32,000 bases of DNA. Origin: Candidatus Saccharimonadota bacterium (GTDB taxonomy: Bacteria; Patescibacteriota; Saccharimonadia; Saccharimonadales; UBA4665). Each line of letters begins with the position of its first letter. Within the stretch, counting starts at the first letter, position 1. Under the pieces are notes generated by a model. It worked only from the letters and a program-made list of their open reading frames with translations, had not been told where the DNA came from and searched no databases. Where the stretch lies: the NCBI GenBank assembly GCA_016700375.1, contig CP065016.1:60001-92000 (forward strand). Reading direction: 5' to 3'. The position numbers and the translations under genes were made by a program. Shown piece after piece: positions 17,082 to 25,974 of this stretch.

Positions 17082-20000
17082 GTGAAGGTGACAGAGAAGA
17101 AAACAGCAAATGAAGTGAAATCGGCTGCCCCTACCGCAGCAGACTATGTTCATTTGCATAATCACACGCAGTATAGTTTGCTCGACGGCCTTACCAAGAT
17201 TCCCGAACTGGTGAGCTTTGTGAAAGAGCAGGGTATGAGTGCGGTTGGCATGACTGACCACGGTACGCTAAGCGGCACCATCGAGTTTTATAAAGAGTGC
17301 TTAGGCCAAGAGGTAAAGCCTATCATTGGCATAGAAACGTACGTGGCGGCGCGTCGTCATACGGACAAAGACCCCCAGAAAGATAAAAACCGCTACCACC
17401 TAATTTTGCTCGCCATGAACCAAGCAGGCTACCAGAACCTTATGCAGCTTAGTACGACGGCCAATCTCGATGGTTTTTACTACTTTCCACGTATAGACCA
17501 CGAGTTGCTGGAGCGTTACGGCGAGGGGCTGATTGCGATGAGCGCCTGCTTGGGCGGCGAAATTGGCGACGCGCTAAAGAACGATGATTACGCCGTAGCG
17601 AAAGAAGTAGCTAGCTGGTACAAAAAAACTTTTGGAGACCGCTACTATCTGGAGGTGCAAGACCACGGCCACCCAGATGCACCAAGCCATAGCCCGGAGC
17701 AGGAGCGGGTCAATAACGGAGTGTTTAAGCTGTCGAAAGAGCTAGACATACCGGTGGTACTGACGTGTGATGCGCACTACTTGCGGCACAGCGACCAAGA
17801 CGCCCACGAAATACTGCTGTGTGTGGGCACGGGCGCGTTCCTAAGCGACGAAAAACGCATGAGCCTTAAGGACTACGAACTGCACGTCACCCCACCAGCA
17901 GACCTCATCCAGCGCTGGGGCAGGCAACACCCAGAGGTGATTCGCAACACGCGGGCGGTCGCGGAGCGCTGCGAAGTCAATATTGACCTTGGGAAAATCC
18001 TTATCCCGAAATTCCCAGTACCAGAAGGGGATACCGAAAAGACCTATCTCGATAAACTTGCGTTTCGCGGCATGGCTTGGCGGTACGGTGATGTGGCAGA
18101 GGCTGATACTGTCGATATGTCTATTGCTGAAGCGCGCAAGCATATCCCACCGGCGGTGATTGAACGGGCGGAGTACGAACTGGGGATTATTGAGCGAATG
18201 GGTTTCGACGGCTACTTCCTCATCATCCAAGATTTTATTAACTGGGGGAAAAACCAAGGAATTGTGTTTGGCCCCGGACGAGGGAGTGCGGCCGGCTCCA
18301 TCATCTCCTACGCGCTGAAGATAACCGAACTCGACCCGCTTGCGTACGACCTATTGTTCGAACGGTTCTTAAACCCCGACCGGATTTCCATGCCCGATGT
18401 TGACATAGACATCCAAGACACGCGCCGCGATGAAGTTATCCAGTACTGCGTAGAAAAGTACGGTACCGACCGCGTGGCGAACATAGTGACGTTCGGCCGG
18501 ATGTTTGCCCGCAACGCCGTGCGCGATGTCGCCCGAGTGCTGCAAGTGCCCTACGCCGATGCTGACCGCCTGGCCAAGATGATTCCGCAGCCGGTGCAGG
18601 GGCGTCATATTCCGCTGGCAACCTCCATAGTAGATGATGTTGACCTTCGCCGTGAGTACGAAACAAATGAAACGAGCAAAACCGTTATAGACTACGCCAT
18701 CATCCTCGAGGGGACCGTGCGGAGTCATGGGGTGCACGCGGCGGGTGTGGTGATTGCGCCTGATGACATTGTGAAGTTTGTACCGCTCGAAATGGCACAA
18801 AAGGGCGTTGTCGCTACCCAGTATCCCATGGGGCCCATAGAGGAATTGGGACTCCTTAAGATGGACTTTCTTGGTCTCAGCAACCTCACCATCATAAAAA
18901 ACGCCCTTCGTATCATAAAAAAGGTCTACGGCGACGACATAGATATAAACACCATCCCGCTTGATGACGCCAAAACGTACACGCTGCTTAGTAGCGGCGA
19001 TACAACCGGTGTTTTTCAGCTTGAGTCAGCCGGTATGAAGCGGTACTTGAAGGAATTGCAGCCGTCGGTGTTTGAAGACATTATTTCCATGGTGGCGCTC
19101 TATCGACCGGGCCCAATGCAGTGGATAGAAGATTTCATTGCCCGCAAGCATGGCAAAAAGCAAATAACCTATATGCACCCAGCAATGAAGCCAGCGCTTG
19201 AGAGCACCTATGGTGTTATTGTCATGCAGGAACAGGTCATGCAGATTAGCAAAGAGCTGTGTGGTTTTACTGGCGGCCAGGCCGATACGCTCCGGAAGGC
19301 AATCGGCAAAAAAAACCCGCAAATGATGGCCAAGATGAAAGCAGAGTTCATAGAAGGTGCTGTTAAAACCGTGGGGGCTGAACGTAGTCTTATGGAAACG
19401 TTTTGGAAGCAGCTCGAAGACTTTGCCGCGTACTGTTTTAACAAAGCGCATGCTGCATGCTATGGGCTCATCGCCTACCAGACGGCGTACTTGAAAGCGC
19501 ACTATCCGGCAGCGTTTATGGCCGCGCTCATGACCAGCGACTACGATGACACGGACCGTCTGAGCATAGAAATTACCGAATGTAAAAAAATGGGACTCCA
19601 GGTCTTGCCGCCGGACGTAAACGAATCATTCGGAGAATTTGCGGTCGTGAAGGAGAAGAATGCCATTCGGTTTGGCATGAATGCCATAAAGAACGTTGGA
19701 CAAGGCGCCGTAGAAGAGATTGTGCATGCCAGAGAAAAGGGTGCATTTATCAGCATTGAGGACTTTGTGGGCGCGGTAAATCTTCGTACTGTCAACCGTA
19801 AAGCGCTGGAAAGTCTTGCCCGCTCGGGAGCATTTGACGCCTTTGGGGACCGCTCGACGCTGCTTCATAATCTTGATGTCATACTTGCATTTGGCCAACG
19901 CCTGCAAAAAGAAAAAGCCAGTGGCCAGACTGATTTGTTTGGCACGCTTTCAGATGATGCCGCCTCTGCAAAACCAACGTTGCAGCTCACCCCGCCCGAA

Positions 20001-20753
20001 CACAAACACAATGCCCGGGAACTGCTTTTGTGGGAACGTGAACTACTAGGACTCTACCTGAGCCAGCAGCCGCTCGCTGCCTTTAGCGCGCTCCTTGCCG
20101 AACAAACCACTCCGCTCAATCTACTGAAACCCGAACACGATGGACGTGCGGTTGTGGTGGGCGGCAGCATCACAGAAACCCGTGAAATTACGACCAAAAA
20201 CGGTCAAAAAATGGCGTTCGTTAAGGTCGAAGATGAGCACGGCGATATTGAAGCTGTGCTCTTTCCTTCAGCGTATCAACAAACAGTTGGACTTTGGGAG
20301 CGTGACCGCGTGGTTCTGGTGCGGGGGAAACTCAGCACAAAAGGCCGCGATGGTAACACGGGCGATGAGGTGAAACTGCTCGTTGATGACGCCCGCGAGG
20401 TTACACACGAACAGGCGGCTGCATACCAGTCAACCGGTCGCAAGGCGCGTGTCCCAAAGCCTGCAAAGGCGGCAAAACATGCGAAGACGGTAGTAAAAAC
20501 TCCGGCCTTGTCCGAGGCTGAAACAAACAAACCGCTTCGTCTGTATATTCGGCTGCTCAGAAGTGACGACACAACACAACTGAGCAAAATGAAGCAAATA
20601 ATTGATAGCCAGATAGGTGAGCATGAGGTAATACTGGTGCTTGGCCCAGATACTGCCAAGCAAGCCGTAAAACTTCCCACTAGAGTGAATGCCAGCGCGG
20701 TCATGACCGAGCTGAGTGAACTTATTGGTTCCGAGAACGTCAAACTTCAGTAA
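17082..20753 (+). CDS. dnaE: DNA polymerase III alpha subunit
   Basis: 1223 aa with an N-terminal PHP domain (HLHNHTQYSLLDG), polymerase core, and OB fold. The GTG start is uncertain (17082 or 17088). Confidence 0.95.
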   Translation: MKVTEKKTANEVKSAAPTAADYVHLHNHTQYSLLDGLTKIPELVSFVKEQGMSAVGMTDHGTLSGTIEFYKECLGQEVKPIIGIETYVAARRHTDKDPQKDKNRYHLILLAMNQAGYQNLMQLSTTANLDGFYYFPRIDHELLERYGEGLIAMSACLGGEIGDALKNDDYAVAKEVASWYKKTFGDRYYLEVQDHGHPDAPSHSPEQERVNNGVFKLSKELDIPVVLTCDAHYLRHSDQDAHEILLCVGTGAFLSDEKRMSLKDYELHVTPPADLIQRWGRQHPEVIRNTRAVAERCEVNIDLGKILIPKFPVPEGDTEKTYLDKLAFRGMAWRYGDVAEADTVDMSIAEARKHIPPAVIERAEYELGIIERMGFDGYFLIIQDFINWGKNQGIVFGPGRGSAAGSIISYALKITELDPLAYDLLFERFLNPDRISMPDVDIDIQDTRRDEVIQYCVEKYGTDRVANIVTFGRMFARNAVRDVARVLQVPYADADRLAKMIPQPVQGRHIPLATSIVDDVDLRREYETNETSKTVIDYAIILEGTVRSHGVHAAGVVIAPDDIVKFVPLEMAQKGVVATQYPMGPIEELGLLKMDFLGLSNLTIIKNALRIIKKVYGDDIDINTIPLDDAKTYTLLSSGDTTGVFQLESAGMKRYLKELQPSVFEDIISMVALYRPGPMQWIEDFIARKHGKKQITYMHPAMKPALESTYGVIVMQEQVMQISKELCGFTGGQADTLRKAIGKKNPQMMAKMKAEFIEGAVKTVGAERSLMETFWKQLEDFAAYCFNKAHAACYGLIAYQTAYLKAHYPAAFMAALMTSDYDDTDRLSIEITECKKMGLQVLPPDVNESFGEFAVVKEKNAIRFGMNAIKNVGQGAVEEIVHAREKGAFISIEDFVGAVNLRTVNRKALESLARSGAFDAFGDRSTLLHNLDVILAFGQRLQKEKASGQTDLFGTLSDDAASAKPTLQLTPPEHKHNARELLLWERELLGLYLSQQPLAAFSALLAEQTTPLNLLKPEHDGRAVVVGGSITETREITTKNGQKMAFVKVEDEHGDIEAVLFPSAYQQTVGLWERDRVVLVRGKLSTKGRDGNTGDEVKLLVDDAREVTHEQAAAYQSTGRKARVPKPAKAAKHAKTVVKTPALSEAETNKPLRLYIRLLRSDDTTQLSKMKQIIDSQIGEHEVILVLGPDTAKQAVKLPTRVNASAVMTELSELIGSENVKLQ

Positions 20754-20877
20754 TCTGAGTCTCAAAACCTCCAAAGTGTCATTCCCGCGAAGGCGGGAAT
20801 CCAGTATATATTTCTGGATCCCAGCCTTCGCTGGGATGACAGCACGGTATAGGAGGAAGGGTTTTGAGATTCAGGTG
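20752..20877. mobile_element. MITE copy 2 (126 bp)
   Basis: Ends are aatCTGAGTCTCAAAACC ... GGTTTTGAGATTCAGgtg. It is flanked by the 4-bp direct repeat CAGT (20748-20751 and 20878-20881). It is inverted relative to copy 1. One arm differs from its copy-1 counterpart by a single base. Confidence 0.8.
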
Positions 20878-20924
20878 CAGTAAGCTACATTATGCCCAGT
20901 TTACTGCTGCGGTGTAGCTTACGG

Positions 20925-22022
20925 CTACCGTATGGTGCCAGTTGTCTGCAGTAGTATGAAGCCGAGCGTTGCAACGGCAACGAATATGATGTCCAGAAAT
21001 GGGTGATGCAATATGAACTTCTCGCCGCGAACTAGCACCTTATGCCAGGCAAAACTGTGACGGAGCAGAAAAGCAAGGAGGGCAATGCTTGCAAGCATGC
21101 TCACCGCAAACTGCGACCAGCCGACGTTCGTTGCGGTTAGTACTTGCAGACGGCTTACTTTTTTTGGAGCGGTGCTGTCGGCGGCTTTTGCGACCGTGTC
21201 GGGGTCGCCTTGTTTTGTTGCCGGTGCTGGCTCCTTTGGTTCGGCTACAGGCTGTTCGGTAGGGGTTGGTGCGGCGGGTGTTTCTTCTTGAGCGGGTGTT
21301 GATGGCTTGCTAGAGCCGCCGCCTGAAGCAGTTGGGCTTGGGCTTGCCGTGGGAGCGGGTGACGGCGCAGGGGTCGGTGCCGGAGTTGGTGCTGGCGTCG
21401 GGGCAGGAGCAGCCGGAGGTGTTCCGCCGACAGGCAGGGCATACATTGCTACGACCACCGTTTGCGGACCACTTCCTTGGTAGTTTGCTGAATTTGCTAT
21501 CCCAAAACCAACCTCACTAAAACTGGTGTTGAGTATATTTGCACGGTGACCGGTACTATTCATCCAGCCGGTAATGGTGTCTGACGCTGTTGCGAAACCG
21601 TATGCTAGATTTTCTCCCGCTGTTTGATAGCTGTAACCAACAGCAGTTATGAATGTCCATGGCGTTTGGCCATCGGGTGTATTGTGCGACCAGTAATCTC
21701 TGGCAACCATGTCGTTTGCTTTATTTTGAGCGGCTTGGTTTAGAACACCGTTGAGTGCAAGTGCGCCAAGGTTATTTGCAGCCCTTTGTGAGTTTGTGCC
21801 GCTTAGGAGCGACGATGCACTCATGTCTGTTGCATACCCCAGCACGCTGCGTTGGTGGCCAGCAAACCAGGTGTTAAAAAGTAGGCCAAATGTAAAAATT
21901 GCGACTATAGGTAAATACGGCCAGTAAGGCTGGGTATAGCGACTGCTTTGATGATGGTGCTGAGCAGTTCGTTTGCGGTGCGCCACGCTTTGGCGGCGGG
22001 TTTTTGTTTTTGCGAGTGTCAT
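20925..22022 (-). CDS. CAP/SCP (PR-1-like) domain membrane protein
   Basis: 365 aa. It has a basic N-terminus plus a TM helix, then a CAP-like block (DYWSHNTPDG...GENLAYG...GHRANIL). A Pro/Ala/Thr linker (PAPTPAPTPAPTPAPSPAPT) follows, then two C-terminal TM helices. Confidence 0.75.
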   Translation of the reverse strand: MTLAKTKTRRQSVAHRKRTAQHHHQSSRYTQPYWPYLPIVAIFTFGLLFNTWFAGHQRSVLGYATDMSASSLLSGTNSQRAANNLGALALNGVLNQAAQNKANDMVARDYWSHNTPDGQTPWTFITAVGYSYQTAGENLAYGFATASDTITGWMNSTGHRANILNTSFSEVGFGIANSANYQGSGPQTVVVAMYALPVGGTPPAAPAPTPAPTPAPTPAPSPAPTASPSPTASGGGSSKPSTPAQEETPAAPTPTEQPVAEPKEPAPATKQGDPDTVAKAADSTAPKKVSRLQVLTATNVGWSQFAVSMLASIALLAFLLRHSFAWHKVLVRGEKFILHHPFLDIIFVAVATLGFILLQTTGTIR

Positions 22023-22058
22023 GTTTGTTTTGATATGAACATAAGAACTATAGCATAC

Positions 22059-22565
22059 TTATCGTACACTTGCAAACTGCGCTTGATAGAGAGCAATTGC
22101 TGCGGCTTGTACAACGTTTAGTGATTCTTTCTGACCAAATAGTGGTATTTCAACGGTGTAATCGCACAGCTTTAATAGCGCATCTTCTATCCCTTCAACC
22201 TCACGACCAAGTAAAATCGCTATCTTATCAGGTGGTATCCAAGACGAAATGTCAGTACTGTCAGGGGCTTGTTCGAGCGCGACGACAGTATAGCCATTGC
22301 TACGTAGTTTTTGTATCAGAACGGGTAAATCAGGTTGCCTTTCCCAGGAAACCAGCAATTCCGCACCAAGAGCGGTTTTGTGTATCTGGGCGGTTAGTTT
22401 TTGGTGAATGTGCGGAAGACGTTCGTCGTTCGGCACGCTTGGATACGGCGAATAACCAGTTATGTATACCCGTTCTACGCCCAAGCACTCAGCCGTACGA
22501 AGTAGACTGCCAATGTTGTGGGTGCTTCGAATATCGTGGGCAATGAGTACAACTTTTCTGTTCAT
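22059..22565 (-). CDS. SpoU/TrmH-family RNA 2'-O-methyltransferase
   Basis: Motifs HNIGSLLRTAECLG, LLGREVEGI and ESLNVVQAAAIALY. The ATG at 22565 (MNRKVVLIAHD) is preferred. A GTG at 22604 is an alternative start. Confidence 0.8.
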   Translation of the reverse strand: MNRKVVLIAHDIRSTHNIGSLLRTAECLGVERVYITGYSPYPSVPNDERLPHIHQKLTAQIHKTALGAELLVSWERQPDLPVLIQKLRSNGYTVVALEQAPDSTDISSWIPPDKIAILLGREVEGIEDALLKLCDYTVEIPLFGQKESLNVVQAAAIALYQAQFASVR

Positions 22566-22641
22566 TGTACCTATATCATACGATATGCTTTCTTCTCCAA
22601 ACACAAGCAGTTATAATACTGGTACATGAGTGGGACGGTGA

Positions 22642-24255
22642 ATGGACGATAACCAACAAGCACGCTATAACGATGAGCAGGCGACAGCACGCCGAGCAGA
22701 TATTCTTCATGTTAGCTACACAGACACCTCGCAAATGGCAGAAAAGCCACTCTTTAAGGACATCGTCACAAACGAGCAAATGCGGCAGTACAAACTTATT
22801 CCCATGCAAGCCGACCGCAGCAATATATTGTTTGGTATAACTACGACAACCTCGCAGCAGACTATGAACGCGCTTGTGGACCACTTTACCGACCAAAAAG
22901 TTGCGTTTACCCTTATATCGGAAAGTGGCTTCAAGGAGTACATGGCACTATATGACCCTCCGAAGCAGGTTGTCTACCAAGATATCAACATAAATACTGC
23001 TGGAACCGAGCAGCTAGTAAAAGAAGTATCCCTTACACTCGAACAAGTGCGTGCCGATGACATGCTGGCGTATTTGGTGAGTCAAGCACACAACCTGAAC
23101 GCGAGCGATATTCACCTCGAAACACAGGTCGAAGATGCGCGGGTGCGGTTTCGTATAGACGGCGTTCTCCACCCGGTTGCCCGGCTAGAACCAGACAAAT
23201 ATCGGGTACTTATAGCGGCAATTGCTAGCGCGGGAAATGTCAGTACGAGCGCTGACTACGCACAGCAGGGTCATATTGCGCAAAAGGTAAAAATGGCTGA
23301 CGGCCATGAGGTGGATGTGAATGTGCGTCTCGAGACCGTTCCGACCATACACGGTATGGACGTAGTGATGCGCTTGTTCAATATGGACCGCGCCATGTAT
23401 AACCTAGACAGGCTTGGGCTGCTGCCCGACCAACGCGCGGTCGTAGACGGCATCATAAGTAAACCAAGCGGTCTCGTGCTTATCGTCGGCCCGACAGGCT
23501 CGGGCAAGACAACAACGCTGTATTCTATGCTCAATAGCCTTGCCAGCGATGAGCGCAAAATTATCACCGTTGAAGACCCGGTTGAGTACCAGTTTGAGGG
23601 AATCACGCAGATTCCTATTAAGTCGACCGAGTCGGGTAACGATAATTCCTTTGCCGATAAACTCCGCGCCATTCTGCGCCTTGACCCAGATATTGTTATG
23701 GTGGGGGAAATTCGCGACAACGACACCGCCAAAACGGCACTCCAAGCGAGCTTAACGGGGCACCTTGTGCTCGCCACGTTCCATGCCTCATCCGCTTCGG
23801 CGGCGTTAACTCGCTTGAGTGACATTATTGGGCAGAACCCGTTGTTTGTCTCGGCTATTCGCCTTGTTATGGCTCAGCGGTTAATAAGGCAGCTTGATGA
23901 CTCGCTAAAGCAGCCGTATGACCCATCGCCATCTGAATTGCAGGTAATTCAACGTGTCGTTGACACATTGCCGGCAGATGTTCAGCGGCCAAATTTGCAA
24001 GGGCTAAAACTGTATAAACCAGGCTCATCTTCCGAGAATCCGTACGGTTTTAAGGGTCAGATTGCCATACGAGAGCAGTTTATTATGACTGGAGAAATCC
24101 GGAAACTGCTTGAAAGTCACGACCATGTCTTGTCCTCGCAAGAAATTGAAGCATCAGCTGTGGCAAGCGGCATGCGCACCATGTTGCAAGACGCCATTTT
24201 GCATGTTGTTGCCGGTCGCACCACCTTAGACGAAGTCTTCCGCGTTGTCGGTTAA
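22642..24255 (+). CDS. pilB: type II secretion / type IV pilus assembly ATPase (GspE/PilB family)
   Basis: 537 aa with Walker A GPTGSGKTTT, Walker B/Asp box DPDIVMVGEIRD, His box ATFHASSA, and a GspE-type N-terminal domain. Confidence 0.85.
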   Translation: MDDNQQARYNDEQATARRADILHVSYTDTSQMAEKPLFKDIVTNEQMRQYKLIPMQADRSNILFGITTTTSQQTMNALVDHFTDQKVAFTLISESGFKEYMALYDPPKQVVYQDININTAGTEQLVKEVSLTLEQVRADDMLAYLVSQAHNLNASDIHLETQVEDARVRFRIDGVLHPVARLEPDKYRVLIAAIASAGNVSTSADYAQQGHIAQKVKMADGHEVDVNVRLETVPTIHGMDVVMRLFNMDRAMYNLDRLGLLPDQRAVVDGIISKPSGLVLIVGPTGSGKTTTLYSMLNSLASDERKIITVEDPVEYQFEGITQIPIKSTESGNDNSFADKLRAILRLDPDIVMVGEIRDNDTAKTALQASLTGHLVLATFHASSASAALTRLSDIIGQNPLFVSAIRLVMAQRLIRQLDDSLKQPYDPSPSELQVIQRVVDTLPADVQRPNLQGLKLYKPGSSSENPYGFKGQIAIREQFIMTGEIRKLLESHDHVLSSQEIEASAVASGMRTMLQDAILHVVAGRTTLDEVFRVVG

Positions 24256-24271
24256 TCTTCTATAGCTTCTC

Positions 24272-24300
24272 GTCATTCTGAGCAAAGTGAACTACATCTC
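24272..24300 (+). repeat. GTCAT-type hairpin (type III), interrupted at its 3' edge by the IS3 element
   Basis: Reads gtcattctgagcaaagtgaactacatctc, followed by the IS. The sequence continues as cccgg at 25525. Confidence 0.6.
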
Positions 24301-24302
24301 TG

Positions 24303-25196
24303 TCAACCTCCCCTTTTAGCGAACACCCTGTCTCTCTTGTTGAGACTGGCAGCGTAAGCTGCCGGGCTCATCTTTAATGCGCTGTGGATACGCTTATGGT
24401 TGTAATAGTAGATGTGCAGGGCAATGGCTTCGTGGAGTGCCGCTAAGTTTTTGTATTGTGTCAGGTTGCAGACTTCGCGCTTGAAGCCACCAAACCATCG
24501 CTCCATGAAACCATTCTGCCAGGGGCTGGCTTTGGTGCTCGCACTAAGTTGGATTTCCATTTTGTTGCAGAGGTCTTGGTGCCTGTAGCTCAAGTATTCA
24601 GAACCTTGATCAGAGTGGAGGATTGCTGGCGCTGGATGCTTGCTGAGTGCATCGAGTAGTGCCTCGTGGGTCAGCTCGCTGGTATGTCGTGTACCGAGCC
24701 GCCAACCAACCACTTGCCTGGTTTTCAGGTCGAGCACCACCGCCAGATAGTGCCAGCGCTTCTCGAACCACAGGTATGTAAAGTCCTGCGCCCACGCATG
24801 AGCATTGACCATGTCGGCATAGCTTTGACCGTCCTCAGGGCCGCAGCTCGTCTTTAAGACGAGCGTAGCACTGTAGAGCGTTAGGCGGTGCGCTAATCTC
24901 TGCTGCTGCAGACCAACCGCTCCGACGCTTCTTAGTTGGTGTCGGTATGATAACACCCGCAAGCGTACGGATACGTCTGGTTTTCTTTTGTTCCAGCCAA
25001 GGTGCAGTGCTAACCGGTCGACGCCGTAGAATGGGTGGAGTTCGTGGGCTGCCTGTAGCCGCGCAATAGCCTGTCGGTCGGTTTCTGCTTGTTTCGCTGG
25101 ACGAACATAGTAGCTTGTCCGGCCAAGGCCCAGGAGCTTGCTGTATTGCTTGCGCCACCCTGGGTCGACCTCGTCCAGGGCAGCTAACCTTTTGGG
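24303..25196 (-). CDS. IS3 transposase OrfB (DDE integrase core), reached by a -1 frameshift
   Basis: The frame is open from the slippery site to the TGA, which lies inside the terminal repeat. DDE-type blocks are WAQDFTY, LHSDQGSEY and WQNGFMERWF. Confidence 0.75.
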   Translation of the reverse strand, partial: PKRLAALDEVDPGWRKQYSKLLGLGRTSYYVRPAKQAETDRQAIARLQAAHELHPFYGVDRLALHLGWNKRKPDVSVRLRVLSYRHQLRSVGAVGLQQQRLAHRLTLYSATLVLKTSCGPEDGQSYADMVNAHAWAQDFTYLWFEKRWHYLAVVLDLKTRQVVGWRLGTRHTSELTHEALLDALSKHPAPAILHSDQGSEYLSYRHQDLCNKMEIQLSASTKASPWQNGFMERWFGGFKREVCNLTQYKNLAALHEAIALHIYYYNHKRIHSALKMSPAAYAASLNKRDRVFAKRGG

Positions 25197-25441
25197 CGCT
25201 GACTTTCGGCGGTCAGCCTACCAAGCACTCGGTAGGCCTGCTCAAGCTCACGCTTGAGTCGATTGTTTTCGAGGATGAGGTTACGGTTGCCGTCTACAAC
25301 ACCAGCTCTTAGCCAACCGTAGATGGTCTTGCTACTAACCCCGTACTGGTCAGCAGCTTCACTGACCTTGAGACCACCATCTCGTATTTTGAGGATGATT
25401 TCATCTTTTATATGTTGCTCAATATGTTTGCCAACAGGCAT
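25184..25441 (-). CDS. IS3 transposase OrfA (HTH)
   Basis: 85 aa with a helix-turn-helix-like GLKVSEAADQYGVSSKTIYGWL followed by a Leu-rich coiled segment. Confidence 0.8.
   Translation of the reverse strand: MPVGKHIEQHIKDEIILKIRDGGLKVSEAADQYGVSSKTIYGWLRAGVVDGNRNLILENNRLKRELEQAYRVLGRLTAESQRPKG
25190..25196 (-). other. candidate programmed -1 frameshift heptamer C_CCA_AAA
   Basis: This X_XXY_YYZ heptamer ends 4 nt before the orfA TAG. A -1 shift joins ...SQRPK to RLAALDEVDPGW... in the orfB frame. Confidence 0.6.
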
Positions 25442-25555
25442 ACGAAAAACTCCCTTCAGATTAGATATATTGTACCGCCTGCTAGCTAGACGGTGTGTTC
25501 AGTATATGGGGAGGGTGACATCTCCCCGGCCTTTTCATTCCCATCCCACGCGCCT

Positions 25556-25580
25556 GTCATTCCCGCGAAGACGGGAATCT
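25556..25580 (+). repeat. GTCAT-type hairpin (type I)
   Basis: Reads gtcattcccgcgaagacgggaatct. Confidence 0.65.
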
Positions 25581-25595
25581 ATGCTTTTTTGTTTT

Positions 25596-25623
25596 GTCAT
25601 GCTGAACTAGTTTCAGCATCCAT
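25596..25623 (+). repeat. GTCAT-type hairpin (type II)
   Basis: Reads gtcatgctgaactagtttcagcatccat, with an 8-bp stem atgctgaa/ttcagcat. Confidence 0.65.
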
Positions 25624-25712
25624 ACCCCTCCACTGACGTCTATGCATCCACTAACCCTTACGGTCTCCTCGTACCCCTTCACTGACATGGCAGTTCTCGG
25701 ACTACCAGCCGA

Positions 25713-25739
25713 CTTCCTCTTTTACCAGAAAAGAGGAAG
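25713..25739. repeat. perfect 11-bp hairpin
   Basis: Reads cttcctctttt-accag-aaaagaggaag. Confidence 0.7.
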
Positions 25740-25812
25740 CGAGAAACCTCGGCCAGAGCTCCATCTCTTGGTCAGCTGTTGTCCGTTTTGACAACCAACT
25801 CGACAACTCCTC

Positions 25813-25843
25813 AGGTGTATATTGCCCCCAGCAATATACACCT
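25813..25843. repeat. perfect 13-bp hairpin
   Basis: Reads aggtgtatattgc-cccca-gcaatatacacct. Confidence 0.75.
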
Positions 25844-25958
25844 TCGTCAAACAAGTCTCGTCGCCTGTCGGAAGTTGTCAAAGCCGACAACACCATGAGC
25901 CAGGAGCTTCCGCATGGCCATTACTAGCTGACGTCGCTTGCGCGACAAACTATAAGCG

Positions 25959-25974
25959 GACTGCGGCCGCAGTC
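25959..25974. repeat. perfect 16-bp palindrome
   Basis: Reads gactgcggccgcagtc. Confidence 0.7.

Larger units (their letters stand above)
24301..25520 (-). mobile_element. IS3-family insertion sequence (1220 bp)
   Basis: Ends are TGTCAACCTCCCC (24301-24313) and GGGGAGGGTGACA (25508-25520), with about 22/30 identity over the outer 30 nt. It has the TG...CA termini typical of IS3. The 4-bp duplication TCTC lies at 24297-24300 and 25521-25524. It has the orfA/orfB two-ORF layout. Confidence 0.85.

Noticed and set aside
16887-17261. 124-aa minus-strand ORF spanning the dnaE start region.
   Set aside because: It overlaps the conserved PHP-domain coding sequence of dnaE in antisense and contains a GTCAT hairpin.
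20876-20922. Hairpin gtaagctaca...tgtagcttac (10-bp stem, 23-nt loop, with an alternative gcagtaa/ttactgc stem) between dnaE/MITE and the CAP gene, considered as a bidirectional terminator.
   Set aside because: The large loop, competing stems and lack of a U-tract on either strand make this too weak to annotate as a terminator.
25702-25896. 64-aa minus-strand ORF between the IS elements.
   Set aside because: It is built from perfect palindromes and has no start signals. It was kept only as a note in the inter-IS finding.
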